A stretch of DNA of 60,000 nucleotides from Squalus acanthias (taxonomy: Eukaryota): positions 94,366,001-94,426,000 of the forward strand of contig CM059432.1 of assembly GCA_030390025.1 (NCBI GenBank). The letters are read 5' to 3'. Below, one piece after another: positions 37,492 through 49,129 of this stretch (positions are counted from its first letter, which is position 1; every line of letters starts with the position of its first letter). The translations under genes were made by a program, and so were the position numbers. The notes beneath the pieces are model-generated. The model did not search any database, was not told the origin of the DNA, and was given only the letters and a program-made list of their open reading frames with translations.

Positions 37492-39563
37492 ATGGAGAGG
37501 GTGAGAGAACGCGCTCATCGCTTCACCGAGCGGGCCTTGGATGCTCTGGTTGACGCAGTGGAGCGCAGACGATGCATGCTGTTCCCAGAGAGTGGCAGGA
37601 GGCCTTTGCCACGCGAGTTCAGAAGAGTGTGGAGGGAGGTGGCTCAGAGCGTCTCCTCCAGGAGCATGGTGCCCAGGACCCATGTCCAGTGCCGCAAGAA
37701 GTTCAACGACCTCACTCGGGTCGTCAGGGTGAGTGGCTTTTTCTCAATACCTCTCCATCCCTCCATCTCAACCTCACTCTATGGCCAGAGGGTCTTAAAA
37801 CCCCAATGCACAACACTCATCCAACACCTATGGCCCTTTCATCAAACACACACACACATTCCACACTTTGCATACAGTAAGGGCTATTCACCTATGGGAG
37901 GCACATCAGGCAAGACCATGGCTGCATATTGTAAGGGCTATTCACCTATGGGAGGCACATCAGGCAAGACCATGGCTGCATATTGTAAGGGCTATTCACC
38001 TATGGGAGGCACATCAGGCAAGACCATGGCTGCATATTGTAAGGGCTATTCACCTATGGGAGGCACATCAGGCAAGACCATGGCTGCATATTGTAAGGGC
38101 TATTCACCTATGGGAGGCACATCAGGCAAGACCATGGCTGTATATTGACTCAGATGCTGTCCTTTTTCTTGCAGGCTAAGCTGGCTCATAATCGGAGACA
38201 GCAGCAACGGACGGGTGGAGGGCGGCTTCAGCTGCAACCCCTCAGCGATCTGGAGGAGCGCGTCCACAGGATTGTGGCAAGCCGGGTGATCGGTCCCGTC
38301 GCCACTGGAGACGCCGACCCCGTTGTGGACAGCAATGGTAAGGTCATCACCTTTTTGTCCTCTGTCCTTCCACTTGTCCCTCACAATACCAGCCTTTGAC
38401 ACTTTCAATCCAACTTGCTAACTCGCTGCACTTATTCCTCCCTTACTGCCACCCTGTCCTCACGCTAAAGCCACTCTTGTACCTCCCTGCTTTCAGATGG
38501 TGATTCACCAGCTGAGGAGATGGTCCCTGAAGCTGCCACTGGGAGTGATGCTGCAGCTGAGGAGGAAGAGGAAGCCGGAGCATCAGTGCCACCCTCTCCC
38601 GAGGAAGCCCATGGCCACACTGGGAACACGCCTTCCCCGGAGGGGAGCAGGGGGGAAGGGGCTGATGATGGTGAAGTTCCAGGACCCAGCGGGCTGCAGC
38701 AACGCCATGGGGGGGGGAGGGAAGAACGGGGGAGCAGGGGGGAAGGGGCTGATGATGGTGAAGTTCCAGGACCCAGCGGGCTGCAGCAACGCCATGGGGG
38801 GGGGAGGGAAGAACGGGAGCCTTCTCCCCAGAGGGAGAGTATGCCAGACACTCCTAATGCAATGGACGCAGAGGAGGAGCGGATGATTGCAGAAATGAAC
38901 AGCCAGGCGGTGGTCATGCACACTGAGCTCATGGGTGCAGTGGGAAGGGTGCCCGAATGCATTGAGGCACTGGCAAGGAGTGTGGAGCACTTCGCTGTAG
39001 CACAGGCGGATGCCACACTAAAGCTTACTGCTGCAATTCAGTCACTGGCTGCCAGGAACCCATCTGAGCCTGCTCTCATGCAGACTCAGATTGAGGCCAC
39101 GCGAGCACTGACTGCTGCCATCCTCGATGGTTCGTGCACATGTCCCCGGGGCTGTCACCGCGCCGCAGCAGGCCAGCAATCTGTTCTCAGGCAAATTGCT
39201 CCGGATGCTGAAGTGCTGCCCCGTGGGAGTGCCAGTGTGTCGGGCGAGCAGGGAGTTGCTGTCCTCTCTCACGATGACAGCATTCCTGCTGCCAACACTG
39301 TCACTTCTCCACTACACTTGCCACCGCCTGTAGGACAGACTGCTGCCGCCCATGCAGAGTTGGTGCAGTCTGCAGCCGGGCCCTCCAGGCCCAGAAGTGG
39401 TCGAGGCCGGCCTTCAGGGGCATCTGCAGTGTCAGGGTCTGACAAGCAGCAGCCTTCCACCAGCCTTGCTGCAGCCACTGAGGTCCCATTACGGAGGAGC
39501 AGTAGGGTTAGAAGGGGGGAAGTGCGCAAGGGAAGGAGATCACCCTCGAAGGGCAAAAAGTAG
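37492..39563 (+). CDS. Harbinger Myb/SANT-trihelix DNA-binding protein, 488 aa; exons 37492-37728, 38175-38337, 38497-39563
   Basis: GT-AG introns (phase 0, phase 1) join 237+163+1067 nt into an uninterrupted 1467-nt frame; Myb motif VWREVAQSVSSR...QCRKKFNDL. Confidence 0.85.
37878..38147 (+). repeat. 54-bp minisatellite x5 in intron 1
   Basis: Unit TAAGGGCTATTCACCTATGGGAGGCACATCAGGCAAGACCATGGCTGCATATTG; about 2 units in A1 and A2. Confidence 0.95.
38643..38817 (+). repeat. 87-bp in-frame tandem duplication in exon 3
   Basis: GSRGEGADDGEVPGPSGLQQRHGGGREER occurs twice. Confidence 0.95.
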
Positions 39564-39857
39564 GATGTGTGCCAAAATGCTGGTCATTTTTTTATTAAAG
39601 GCCGAGGTTCATGGCCCAACTTTTGTTTAGTGTTTTGGACATTATCTCCAGGTTGTGAGAACCAGTTATGTTATTGACTGTTTTTTGGTGTTTATTTCTA
39701 TGAGTTTCTCATGAGGAATTGACACACACAGAGTTTGTACAATAAATAAGTTTCTGTATTCAAAATATACATGGCTGGTGGTTGGAATTATTGGTGCCTT
39801 GGCCGGCTTAGGGGTTGCGTGCTGGGTTGATTCGTGTTTGTAGCACTGGCAGGGGTC

Positions 39858-41018
39858 CTAGAAGCGGCTTGCTATTAGTCGTTGACGGACGGCCCTTGCA
39901 GTTTGACCATTGTGGGCCGCCCTCCTGCCTTGGTGCTGCTGCTGATCATCGTCCTCGGCCTGTTCCTCCTCTTCCTCCTCCTCCTCTTGTGGTGCTGCAA
40001 GGCCTGGTGGCATTGGCTGCGTCCTGAGGATTGCCATGTTGTGCAACATGCAGCACACCACTACGAATTTGGAAACTTGCTCAGGCGAGTACTGCAGGGC
40101 TCCTCCGGAATGGTCCAGACAGCGGAATCGTTGTTTGAGCACGCCGATTGTGCGCTCAATAATGTTCCTCGTTGCTTGTTGGCTTTCCTGGTACCGCAGC
40201 TCAGCAGGGGTGTTTGGCGCACGGAGCGGTGTCATCAGCCAGGTGCTCAATGCGTACCCCTTGTCCCCCAGAAGCCAACCAACTGGCTGATGCGGTGCCT
40301 CGAAAATTTCTGCCACAGTACTCTGGCGCAGGATGAAAGCATCGTGGCAGCTGCCCGGATAGTGGGCATTGACAGCGAGAATCACCTGTCTGTGGTCACA
40401 GACCAACTGCACATTCAAGGAATGGAACCCCTTTCTGTTCCGGAACTCCTCTGCATTCTCTCGCGGAGCACGCAAAGCCACATGCGTGCAGTCAATGGCG
40501 CCCTGCACCATGGGGAAGCCCGCTACCCTCGCAAAGCCCATAGCACGGTCATGCTGCTTGTCTGGGGTCATAGGGAAGGAGATGAAGTCTCGTCTCCTTG
40601 TGAAGAGGGCATTGGTGACCTGCCGAATGCAGCGATGCACCGCAAACTGGGAGATATTGGCGAGGTCCCCAACAGCAGCTTGGAATGAGCCAGTGGCGTA
40701 GAAGTTCAAGGCCACTGTGACCTTCACTGCCACCGACAGAGACGTCCTGGACCTCAGCTGAGGCTGCAGATCTGGCTGCAGCAGGTGGCAGAGCTCAGTG
40801 ACCACCTCCTTGCTGAATCGCAGCCTTCGCAAACACAGCTCCTCGGACATGTGGATGTAGGAGAGCTGTTCACGATATACCCTGGGAGGGTAAGCTCTCC
40901 TGTACATGCGCCTGATGGGCCTCCTCCGTCTGGCCATCATTGCCATTCTCTGTCTGCGTCTCACTCTGCTCCGATTGAGCTGGAGCAGGACGACGCCCCC
41001 AATCATTGCAGCCCCCAT
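39858..41018 (-). CDS. Harbinger transposase (HARBI1-like DDE), 386 aa, intact
   Basis: Single ORF with an HTH-like region and the D-D-E motifs AIDCTH, LGDKGY and IIERTIG. Confidence 0.93.
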   Translation of the reverse strand: MGAAMIGGVVLLQLNRSRVRRRQRMAMMARRRRPIRRMYRRAYPPRVYREQLSYIHMSEELCLRRLRFSKEVVTELCHLLQPDLQPQLRSRTSLSVAVKVTVALNFYATGSFQAAVGDLANISQFAVHRCIRQVTNALFTRRRDFISFPMTPDKQHDRAMGFARVAGFPMVQGAIDCTHVALRAPRENAEEFRNRKGFHSLNVQLVCDHRQVILAVNAHYPGSCHDAFILRQSTVAEIFEAPHQPVGWLLGDKGYALSTWLMTPLRAPNTPAELRYQESQQATRNIIERTIGVLKQRFRCLDHSGGALQYSPEQVSKFVVVCCMLHNMAILRTQPMPPGLAAPQEEEEEEEEQAEDDDQQQHQGRRAAHNGQTARAVRQRLIASRF

Positions 41019-41531
41019 CTTCTCTTTGCCAGAAAAGTAATGAGGTACAGCAACGAAAGTAGCAGCAAAGTTAGGATGAACTAGGCAAAACTACCTCACA
41101 AAGCGTTGAGTCAATGTAGAAGTCTCTCTCTCTCTCTCTCCGAATCTCTCTCTCTCTCTCAGAACGAGTGGTGCATAAATGTCGACCACAGAAAAAGACA
41201 GGAAGAGGCCCCCTTTAAATAGCGCCCCCCCCAGCCCCAGACCGATTGATAACGTTCCAGTCTTCCGGTCGTTGGAAGCGCCAGGCGGTAAGGCAGGGGG
41301 CGCCACTCAATTTCCGCTCCGGGGCGCCCCAAGGGCGTTGCACCACAGAATGACGTCACAATCTGCGCGCGCAGGTGGTCGCAGCGGTAAGTTTTAGCGC
41401 CGCCGCACAATCTCAAGTTAAGTTCTCGAGCGGCGCAAACAGCGCTGCGCCCAGGCGTTAGCGCCTTAACGCCCCATTAGCGCCCATTTAAGGCGCTAAC
41501 GGGAGGCGCAACCAACTGAATTTTTACCCCC

Positions 41532-43627
41532 TAGAATCATAGAATCATAGAAGATAGGAGCAGGAGTAGGCCACTTGGCCCCTCTAGCCTGCTCCGCCAT
41601 TCAATGCGATCATGGCTGATCATCCAAATTCAGTACCCTGTCCCTGCTTTCTCCCCATATCCCTTGATCCCTTTAGCCTTAAGAAATATATCCAACTCCT
41701 TCTTGAATCTATTTAATGAATTGGCCTCTACTGCCTTCTGTGGCAGAGAATTCCACAGGTTCACCACTCTCTGGGTGAAGAAATTCCTCCTCATTTCTGT
41801 CCTAAATGGCTTACCCCTTATCCTTAGACTGTGACCCCTGGTTCTGGACTCCCCGACCATCGGGAACATCCTTCCTGCATCTAGTTTGTCCTGTCCTGTC
41901 AGAATTTTATAAGTTTCAATGAGATCCCCTCTCATTCTTCTAAACTCCAGCGAGTATAAGCCCAATCGACCCAATCTCTCCTCATACGTCATTCCTGCCA
42001 TCCCAGGTATCAGCCTTGTGAATCTTCGCTGAACTCCTTCCATGGCAAGAACATCCTTCCTCAGATAAGGAGACCAAAACTGCACACAATACTCAAGGTG
42101 TGGTCTCACCAAGGCCCTGTACAACTGCAGCAAGACATCGTTGTTCCTGTACTCAAACCCTCTCGCTATGAAGGCCAACATACCATTTGCCTTCTTAACC
42201 GCCTGCTGCACCTGCATGCTTACCTTCAGCGACTGGTGCACAAGGACACCCAGGTCTCATTGTACTTCCCCTTCTCCCAATCTATTGCCATTCAGATAAT
42301 AGTCTGCCTTTCTGTTTTTGACACCAAAGTGGATAACCTCACATTTATCCACATTATATTGCATCTGCCACGCTTCTGCCCAATCACCCAACCTGTCCAA
42401 ATCATACTGGAGTTTCTCGGCATCCTCCTCGCAACACACACGCCCACCCAGTTTTGTGTCGTCTGCAAACTTGGAGATATTACATCTAGTTCCCTTGTCT
42501 AGATCATTAATATATATTGTGAATAGCTGGGGTCCAAGGACCGATCCCTGCGGTACCCCACTAGTCACTGCCTGCCACTCGGAAAAAGACCCGTTTATTC
42601 CAACTCTTTGCTTTCTGTCTGCCAACCAGTTCTCTATCCAAGTCAATACCTTGCCCCCAATCCCATGTGCCTTAACTTTACACGCTAATCTCTTATGCGG
42701 GACCTTATGAAAAGCCTTTTGGAAGTCCAAATACACCACATCCACTGGTTCTCCCTTATCTATTTTACCAGTTACTGTACATCCTCAAAAAATTCCAGTA
42801 GATTAGTCAAGCATGATTTACCTTTTGTAAATCCATGTTGACTTTGTCCGATCCTGTCACTGTTTTCCAAGTGCTCAGCTATTACATCTTTTATAATGGA
42901 CTCTAGCATTTTCCCCACTACTGATGTCAGGCTTATCGGTCTGTAATTCCCTGTTTTCTCTCTACCACCCTTTTTGAATAGTGGGGTAACATTAACTACC
43001 CTTCAATCCATGGGTACTGTTCCAGATTCCATCGAATGTTGGAAGATGATCAGCAATGCATCTACTATTTCTAGGGCCACTTCCTTAAGTACCCTAGGAT
43101 GTAGATTATCAGGCCCTGGGGATTTATCGGCCTTCAATCCTTTCAATTTCCCTAACACCATTTCCCTACAAATACTGATTTCTTTCAGTTCCTCCCTTTC
43201 ATTAGACCCTATGTTCCCCAACATCTCTGGGAGGTTATTTGTGTCCTCCTTTGTGAAGACAGAACCAAAATATGTATTTAATTGGTCTGACATTTCTTTG
43301 TTCCCCATTATAAGTTCCCCTGATTCTGACTGCAAGGGACCTATGCTTGATTTCACTAATCTTTTTCTCTTCACATATCGATAAAAGCTTTTACAGTCAG
43401 TTTTTATGTTCCCTGCAAGCTTACTCTCGTATTCTATTTTCCCCTTCTTAATTAATCCCTTTGTCCTCCTTTGTTGAATCTTAAACTGCTCCCAATCCTC
43501 AGGGTTACTGCTTTTTCTGGCCAATTTATATGCCCTCTCCTTGGATCTTATGCTATCCCTAATTTCCCTTGTTAGCCATGGTTGAGTCACCCTTTTTGTT
43601 TTATTCTTATGCCAAACTGGGATGAAC
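41532..43627 (-). mobile_element. CR1-b, 5'-truncated, nested in CR1-a
   Basis: (ATTCTATG)n tail; ORF2 pieces 41630-42241, 42257-42745 and 43003 onward, with [10 protein letters not shown] and KFADD. Confidence 0.95.
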
Positions 43628-43795
43628 AAATCTCTCTGAACACCAACATTTGAAAGTTTCTCACCATTTAAAAAATATTCTGCTTTTCTATTCTTCCTAC
43701 CTAAGTGAATAACCTCACATTTCCCTACATTATACTCCATCTGCCGCCTTACTGCCCACTCACTTAGTCTATCTATATCCCTTTGCAGACTCTTT
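43628..43795 (-). mobile_element. CR1-a 5'-most surviving part
   Basis: LQRDIDRLSEWA...KCEVIH...QRDL; rejoins 37134 as GACACCTAAATCTCTCTG. Confidence 0.88.
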
Positions 43796-45970
43796 AGGCT
43801 CAATTTTGCCATTGGTGGCGAGTTGGGTGCTGGTGAGGTGGTCGGCGGGTCCAGCTGCATTTTAAGGGCTCCAAGCAGCCTTTGTTCATTTTCTCTCTCT
43901 GTACTTCCTGAGTGACTACTGTGCTAAGTGTTTGCTACTCCTGAAATGTCTAGCTCAAGGCCCAAGGTCTCACCTCGCTTCGATGATGACTGCCTCCATG
44001 CTCTGGTGGAGGGAGCCAGAGCTCAAAAGGAGGTGCTTTTTCCTTCCTCTGGGAGGAAAAAACCTCCCCAGCAGACTAAAGCTGTGTGGCTGCAACTGGC
44101 ACAGGAGGTAAGCTCCAGATTGATGTGCAGCAGAACCTGGCTGCAGTGCCGAAAGAGGTTCAATGACCTTGTCCGCACAGGAAAAGTGAGTATACCATCA
44201 ACTTTACCCTCATTCTGCTCCCCATCTCCTCTCAGCACCAGCACTCTGCATTGTCAACCTACTCCTACACATCCCACTTTACCCTTACATTCCTTGCACC
44301 CTTAACCATCTCTCTCTCTCTGTACACAATCACTTCACTATTCGACTATGCTGCCCTCACATTCCCTATCACTGTTATGCAATGACAACAACTAACAACA
44401 CACAGGGAGGGCCCTTGGTATTGGGACCTCACTCCATCTTTGTGTCCTTCTATATATCTATGCTGTGGATTATCTACACTCACTCCATCATTTTCACTCA
44501 AACTCCACTTGTGTCCTTCATTGCAGGAAAAGAGAGCCCACAATAAGAGGGAAAGGGCGAAGACAGGAGGAGGGCCACCCTCAATAGCCCATCTCACCAG
44601 CGCTGAGGAGGAGGCCCTAGAGATCGTTGAAGCTGAGGAGGATCTGGAAGTGCGTGACGGACAGACAGGCGCATCAGAGCAAGCTGGTGACAGAATAGTT
44701 TTGTATCTTTCTGATTTACATTGCATGAGTGACTGATATGGCTTCTGATGCTCATACAGATTGACTTATGATCATCTGCACAATTCCATGTGCATGCTAC
44801 GTTAATATCACATGTCTAACTCAAGCCTTTACTCCCCCACAGGACCATCGACAGCCCCCTCCCCACTGTCCAGGAGGAAGAAGCGGAGCCAGAAAACTCC
44901 TCAGAGGAACCTGCAACCTCTGAGGGTGCAGCATCAGCAGAATTAAGCGCACCCAGCACCAGCGCAGAGACTCACACCTCGGTGGGACCCTCGGGACATA
45001 GAGTAGTGTTGTCACCTGGTGTATCACAGCTCACAAGTGAGCATCAGCAGATGGTGGAGACAGGGACAGCAGTGGACAGTCCTCGTCGGAGGCCGCAGGG
45101 CGCTTCCAGCTCTGCTCAGCTGCATGTGGACCCTGTGCCTCCGGGTCCATATGAAAGAGAGTGGTGCTGGAACTCCAGGAACAGCTGCAGGAGTCTCTGG
45201 CAGGTTTTGTCTCCAGGGTCACTGCAAGTGTGGAGAGGATGGAGGAGTCCAACTCTAACATGAGCAGTGCCTTTGTGGAGGCAATGGCACATGAACGCAC
45301 CACCATGGAAAGGATGGCAACCTCCGTGGAAAGGGTGGCTACCTCTGTGGAAAGGATGGCTACGGTAGAGGAGAGGATGGCTACGACCATCGAGGAAATA
45401 AGTCACCAGAGTCAGGAAAACATGGTGAATGTTCAGAATAGATTGGCATCTCTGGAGGAGCGATGGACAGCTATTGAGCAGAGAAACCAGAGCTTCATGG
45501 AAGTCCTTTTGAGTAGGACTGCCACTGCAGATACGGGTCCTCATGGCCCCCTGATGTGCAGCAAGGTGCTGTGCAGCCACTTGCTAGCACTGAAGTGGGG
45601 CTGACCCATGAGAGGGATGTTGGTGGCAGGCAACAAGGAAGTGGGGGCTGCTCTCCAAGCGCTCACACTCCCATGCCACTGAGTAGCCCTCGGTTAGAGT
45701 CCCACCAGAGTCCTCACCCAACTGAAATGGGCGGCTCAGCCCCTGCACAGCCGCAGGAGGAGCAGACTGTTGCCGAGCCCTCAGAGGCTCGCAAACCCAG
45801 AGGACGCCCGCCAAAGGTGTCAAAGCAGGAGCAGCATGAAAGTGAGCAAGGTGCCTCAACATCTGCTGAAGCCACAGAGGAAGCACCACGTAGAAGCTCG
45901 TGTAAGAGGAAGATAAAGCACAATTAGTCACAAGGGTAGTCACTTGGGTGTTCTGTTGTGTTAAATTTTT
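43796..45970 (+). mobile_element. Harbinger family B, copy B2 (left half: TIR plus Myb pseudogene 43946-45927)
   Basis: Left end AGGCTCAATTTTGCCATTGG resembles B1. Exons 43946-44185, 44527-44686 and 44843-45927 carry frameshifts; no transposase half. Confidence 0.88.
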
Positions 45971-45984
45971 GAAACTGCCATCAC

Positions 45985-46817
45985 AGCACCCCTTCCCCCT
46001 CGCCCGGCACCTTCCTGTGCAAGCGCAGGAGATGCAACACCTGCCCTTATACATCCCCCCTTCCCACTCTCCAGGGCCCCAAACACCCCTTCCAGGTGAA
46101 ACAGCGATTTACTTGTACTTCTTGCAATCTAGTATACTGTATTCGCTGCTCACGATGTGGTCTCCTCTACATTGGGGAGACCAAACGCAGATTGGGTGAC
46201 CGCTTTGCGGAACACCTCCGTTCAGTCCGTAAGGGTGACCCCGAGCTTCCGGTCGCTTGTCATTTTAATTCACCGCTCCACGCCCACTCAGACCTCACCG
46301 TCCTCGGCCTCTTGCATTGTTCCACGGAAGCTCAGCGTAAGCTCGAGGAACAGCACCTCATCTTCCGATTAGGCACTTTACAGCCTTCCGGACTCGATAT
46401 CGAGTTCAACAATTTCAGATCATAACCTCGGCCCCTACCATATATATATATTTTATCCACACTTTTGGTTTGTGCCTTTTCCCCTTTTTTTCTCTCTCTC
46501 CCTCACGGCAGCTGTCTTTCATTCTGCCAGCGCATTTCACACTTCACACTTCTGAGCCATCTTTTGTTTCTTAACCTGTCATATTACCATCTCGTCTCGC
46601 CTTGAGCATCTCTTAATGTCTCTACTTCTCACAGACCTCCCCTTTTGTTCTTTTATTGCTTCCCCCAGCCTCCCACTTGCTTTTTTATCTGTTTCATTTC
46701 CTGCTTTTTTCTCAGTTCTGACGAAGGGTCTTCGACCTGAAACGTTAACTCTGTTTCTCTCTCCACGGATGTTGCCTGGCCTGCTGAGTTTTTCCAGCGT
46801 TTTCTGTTGTTATTTTA
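45985..46817 (+). mobile_element. Penelope-like element (Neptune-type) 3' part with GIY-YIG endonuclease (to 46425)
   Basis: NLVYCIRCSRCGLLYIGET..RLGDRFAEH, preceded in frame by the Cys linker CKRRRCNTC. Confidence 0.9.
46714..46750 (+). ncRNA. Minimal hammerhead ribozyme motif
   Basis: AGTT-CTGACGA-AGGGTCTTCGACCT-GAAAC-GTT-AACT. Confidence 0.75.
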
Positions 46818-48069
46818 GTTTTTTTGCCAATTCTGTCTCAAAGTAATTGCTTTGGCTGGTATGTCAAACATGACAATAATACAAGGCATCGGACTACTAT
46901 TTGGCCTGAACAATGTCAGGACCTTTTGTCAAGCTGCCACTCAGAAGAAGAAGATTTATATCCAGACTGAGAGTAGGAAACAAACTTAAACACATTAGAT
47001 TCACTCTACAAAGGCAGTCTTTGTGAGCTTCAGTTATTTCTAGTGAGATACAATCTTCTCAACTTGTTCAGGCATTTATTCAACACCCTTTTCTCATGTG
47101 AATGGCCCGATGATAGTTTCTTTAAGTAGATCAAGTCTACTAACTGGAACACACTCTGTTGCACTTTCCCAAATCCATCAATGAATGCTGATTGTGACAT
47201 ATAACTTACTGGATACCTTTCGTTAATTTGAATTACAGACTACTTTATAATTAAACTATTGTCCAGATTTTTTACAAATAAATTGGCGATTCACAAAGCA
47301 AATACATATTTTAAAATACTATGTAACACAACCAGCAATTTACACTATACACAGCTTGAAGTCTGCAGTTCTTCAAGCTTCTCTCTGCAAACGCTTAACA
47401 AGATACTGGAGTAAATTTTCTTGTTGCACTTGGGTGTAAAAAATTGCCTGGACACAACACAGAGTGGTAAACTGGGTGGAGAGGATCGCATATGTGTACT
47501 AGAGTTCCCCAATTTTTCGTCCATTAAGTGGACTGAAAATTGGTGGGCTCTGCTGTACATACACAATTCTTCCTGTCCAATTTTCCTCTATGGGATGCAC
47601 CCAGGTAATCCTTTACACCCAAGCACAGTAAGAGGAAATTTTGCCTCAGATCTTATCTACAATGTACTGAAACTGATTAGCACCAGAACATTACTGGTGT
47701 TCTAAGAATTTTTTTCAAATGATTTCTTTCAAACAGGCAACCAAAATGTTAGCAGTCTTAACACCTTGGTCAACAATCGAATAATGGACTGCAACTGGCT
47801 ACATTTCCTTGTACAACAGCCTGCTTATTTTAACACCCGGCAATAATCAGAAACCACATTGTCATCTGCCCCATCACACCAAGATCCCATTAGATTAGAG
47901 AATTATCTACCAATAAGTCATATGAAATGTCTCTGATCAGTCATTTCATTTTTCAATACAGTGTTTAGAAACTGTTTTAGCATTGGGTTACCATCACTTT
48001 TAAAATGCATATACAGAAAAAAAATACTGTCTGCATTAAAAGCGCTATATAAATACAAGTTGTTGTTGT

Positions 48070-48741
48070 CCAACCCGCCCCCAACCCGCCTCCATGCCAT
48101 CTTCCTTGGAGGTGGGAAGGGATTAAAGCCTATTAACTGCCTGTTAACAGGTAGTTAACAGGCAGAAAATAGGATTATCCCCTTTTTGCCCTCACAAGTG
48201 CGGGCTTCCCAAAGGCTCCAAAACACGCCAGCTTAGCTCAGCGAGTACTGGGTCTGCAGGGGTCGGCGGGGGGGGGGGGGGGTGCAAAAGTGTGGTGTGA
48301 AGGTAAGTGATGGGTGCAAGAGTGTAGAGGTGAGTATCTGAGGTAAGTGCAAAGTGTTTTTAAAAGTGTACTTACCTTTGTTTTTTCCTGCAGGCTTCAG
48401 TCGGTTTGTATGCGGAGAGTCTCGGACCTCTGTGTTGCAGATGAGAGATGGCCGTTGCATTCTCAGATGCAACAAACATCTCATTTCTGTACAACAAAGA
48501 AGTTTGGTGAGGTCTTTAATGCAAGAACTCATCAAACTGCAGAGAATGTCACTGTTTGACAGCTTCACAGAGCTGTCAAACGATGACAATTCATCTGTCA
48601 AAAATTGTTAAACTGGGTGGGCTTAACAAGGTCAATCAAGGGAAAATAGCGTGGGTTGGCCACAAATCGATGGAGGCGGGACAGCGACCGGCCAAGCAGC
48701 AGTCCCGCCTCCAACGCGCCCCCATTAACAAAATCGCCCCC
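48070..48741 (-). mobile_element. B-type MITE, inverted relative of 28874-29609, left end lost
   Basis: Reverse-complement similarity to 28960-29530; right end AACAAAATCGCCCC. Preceded by an L2-like tail GCGCTATATAAATACAAGTTGTTGTTG. Confidence 0.78.
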
Positions 48742-49129
48742 TAGAATACAAATCTATCCTCAGAAGTCTGCACCAACCGATGGGAATTAGGCAGTCTCAT
48801 TCAGGGAGACTGTAAGGACAGAACGTGTGTGAGACAGAAGTGTCACGCTGGTGCAAGTCAGAGATTTTAGTTGAAGCATGATATTAATATAAGGAGCTTT
48901 TTCTTTTCAACTATTTATTTTTTCTTTCCATGACATACCTGACCTATGAGTGCTTGATGCAAGAATAAATCAGAAAAACCTCCATTTCATAGCTGACATC
49001 CTTCACCTTGATGAGTACAATACAATCCATGAAACAAGAATCAGTATTCCTAGTGCTATCAAAAAACAATTTTGTTGCTATTATTTATAAATACATTTAT
49101 TTCATTATAAAATAATGCATGTATATTCG

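Larger units (their letters stand above)
37135..41530 (+). mobile_element. Harbinger family A, copy A3, apparently intact autonomous element
   Basis: TIRs GGGGTAGAAATTAGGT / ACTGAATTTTTACCCC and TSD CTA; both genes are open. Confidence 0.93.

Noticed and set aside
37878..38147. CRISPR-like array
   Set aside because: Head-to-tail identical units with no unique spacers, in a eukaryotic intron.
39882..40688. 268-aa antisense ORF over the transposase, and similar shadow ORFs
   Set aside because: GC-rich antisense shadows of real coding sequence; no independent motifs.
39858..41018. Domesticated host gene HARBI1 (or NAIF1/MSANTD for the Myb ORFs)
   Set aside because: The ORFs lie inside TIR/TSD-bounded multi-copy elements with decayed siblings, so they are transposon genes; no symbol assigned.
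41123..41160. (TC)n microsatellite upstream of the transposase (also 8138-8177)
   Set aside because: Ordinary slippage tract of variable length among copies; no evidence of function.
43003..43860. 285-aa ORF as a novel fusion protein
   Set aside because: Chance read-through across the B2 end, CR1-a and CR1-b junctions.
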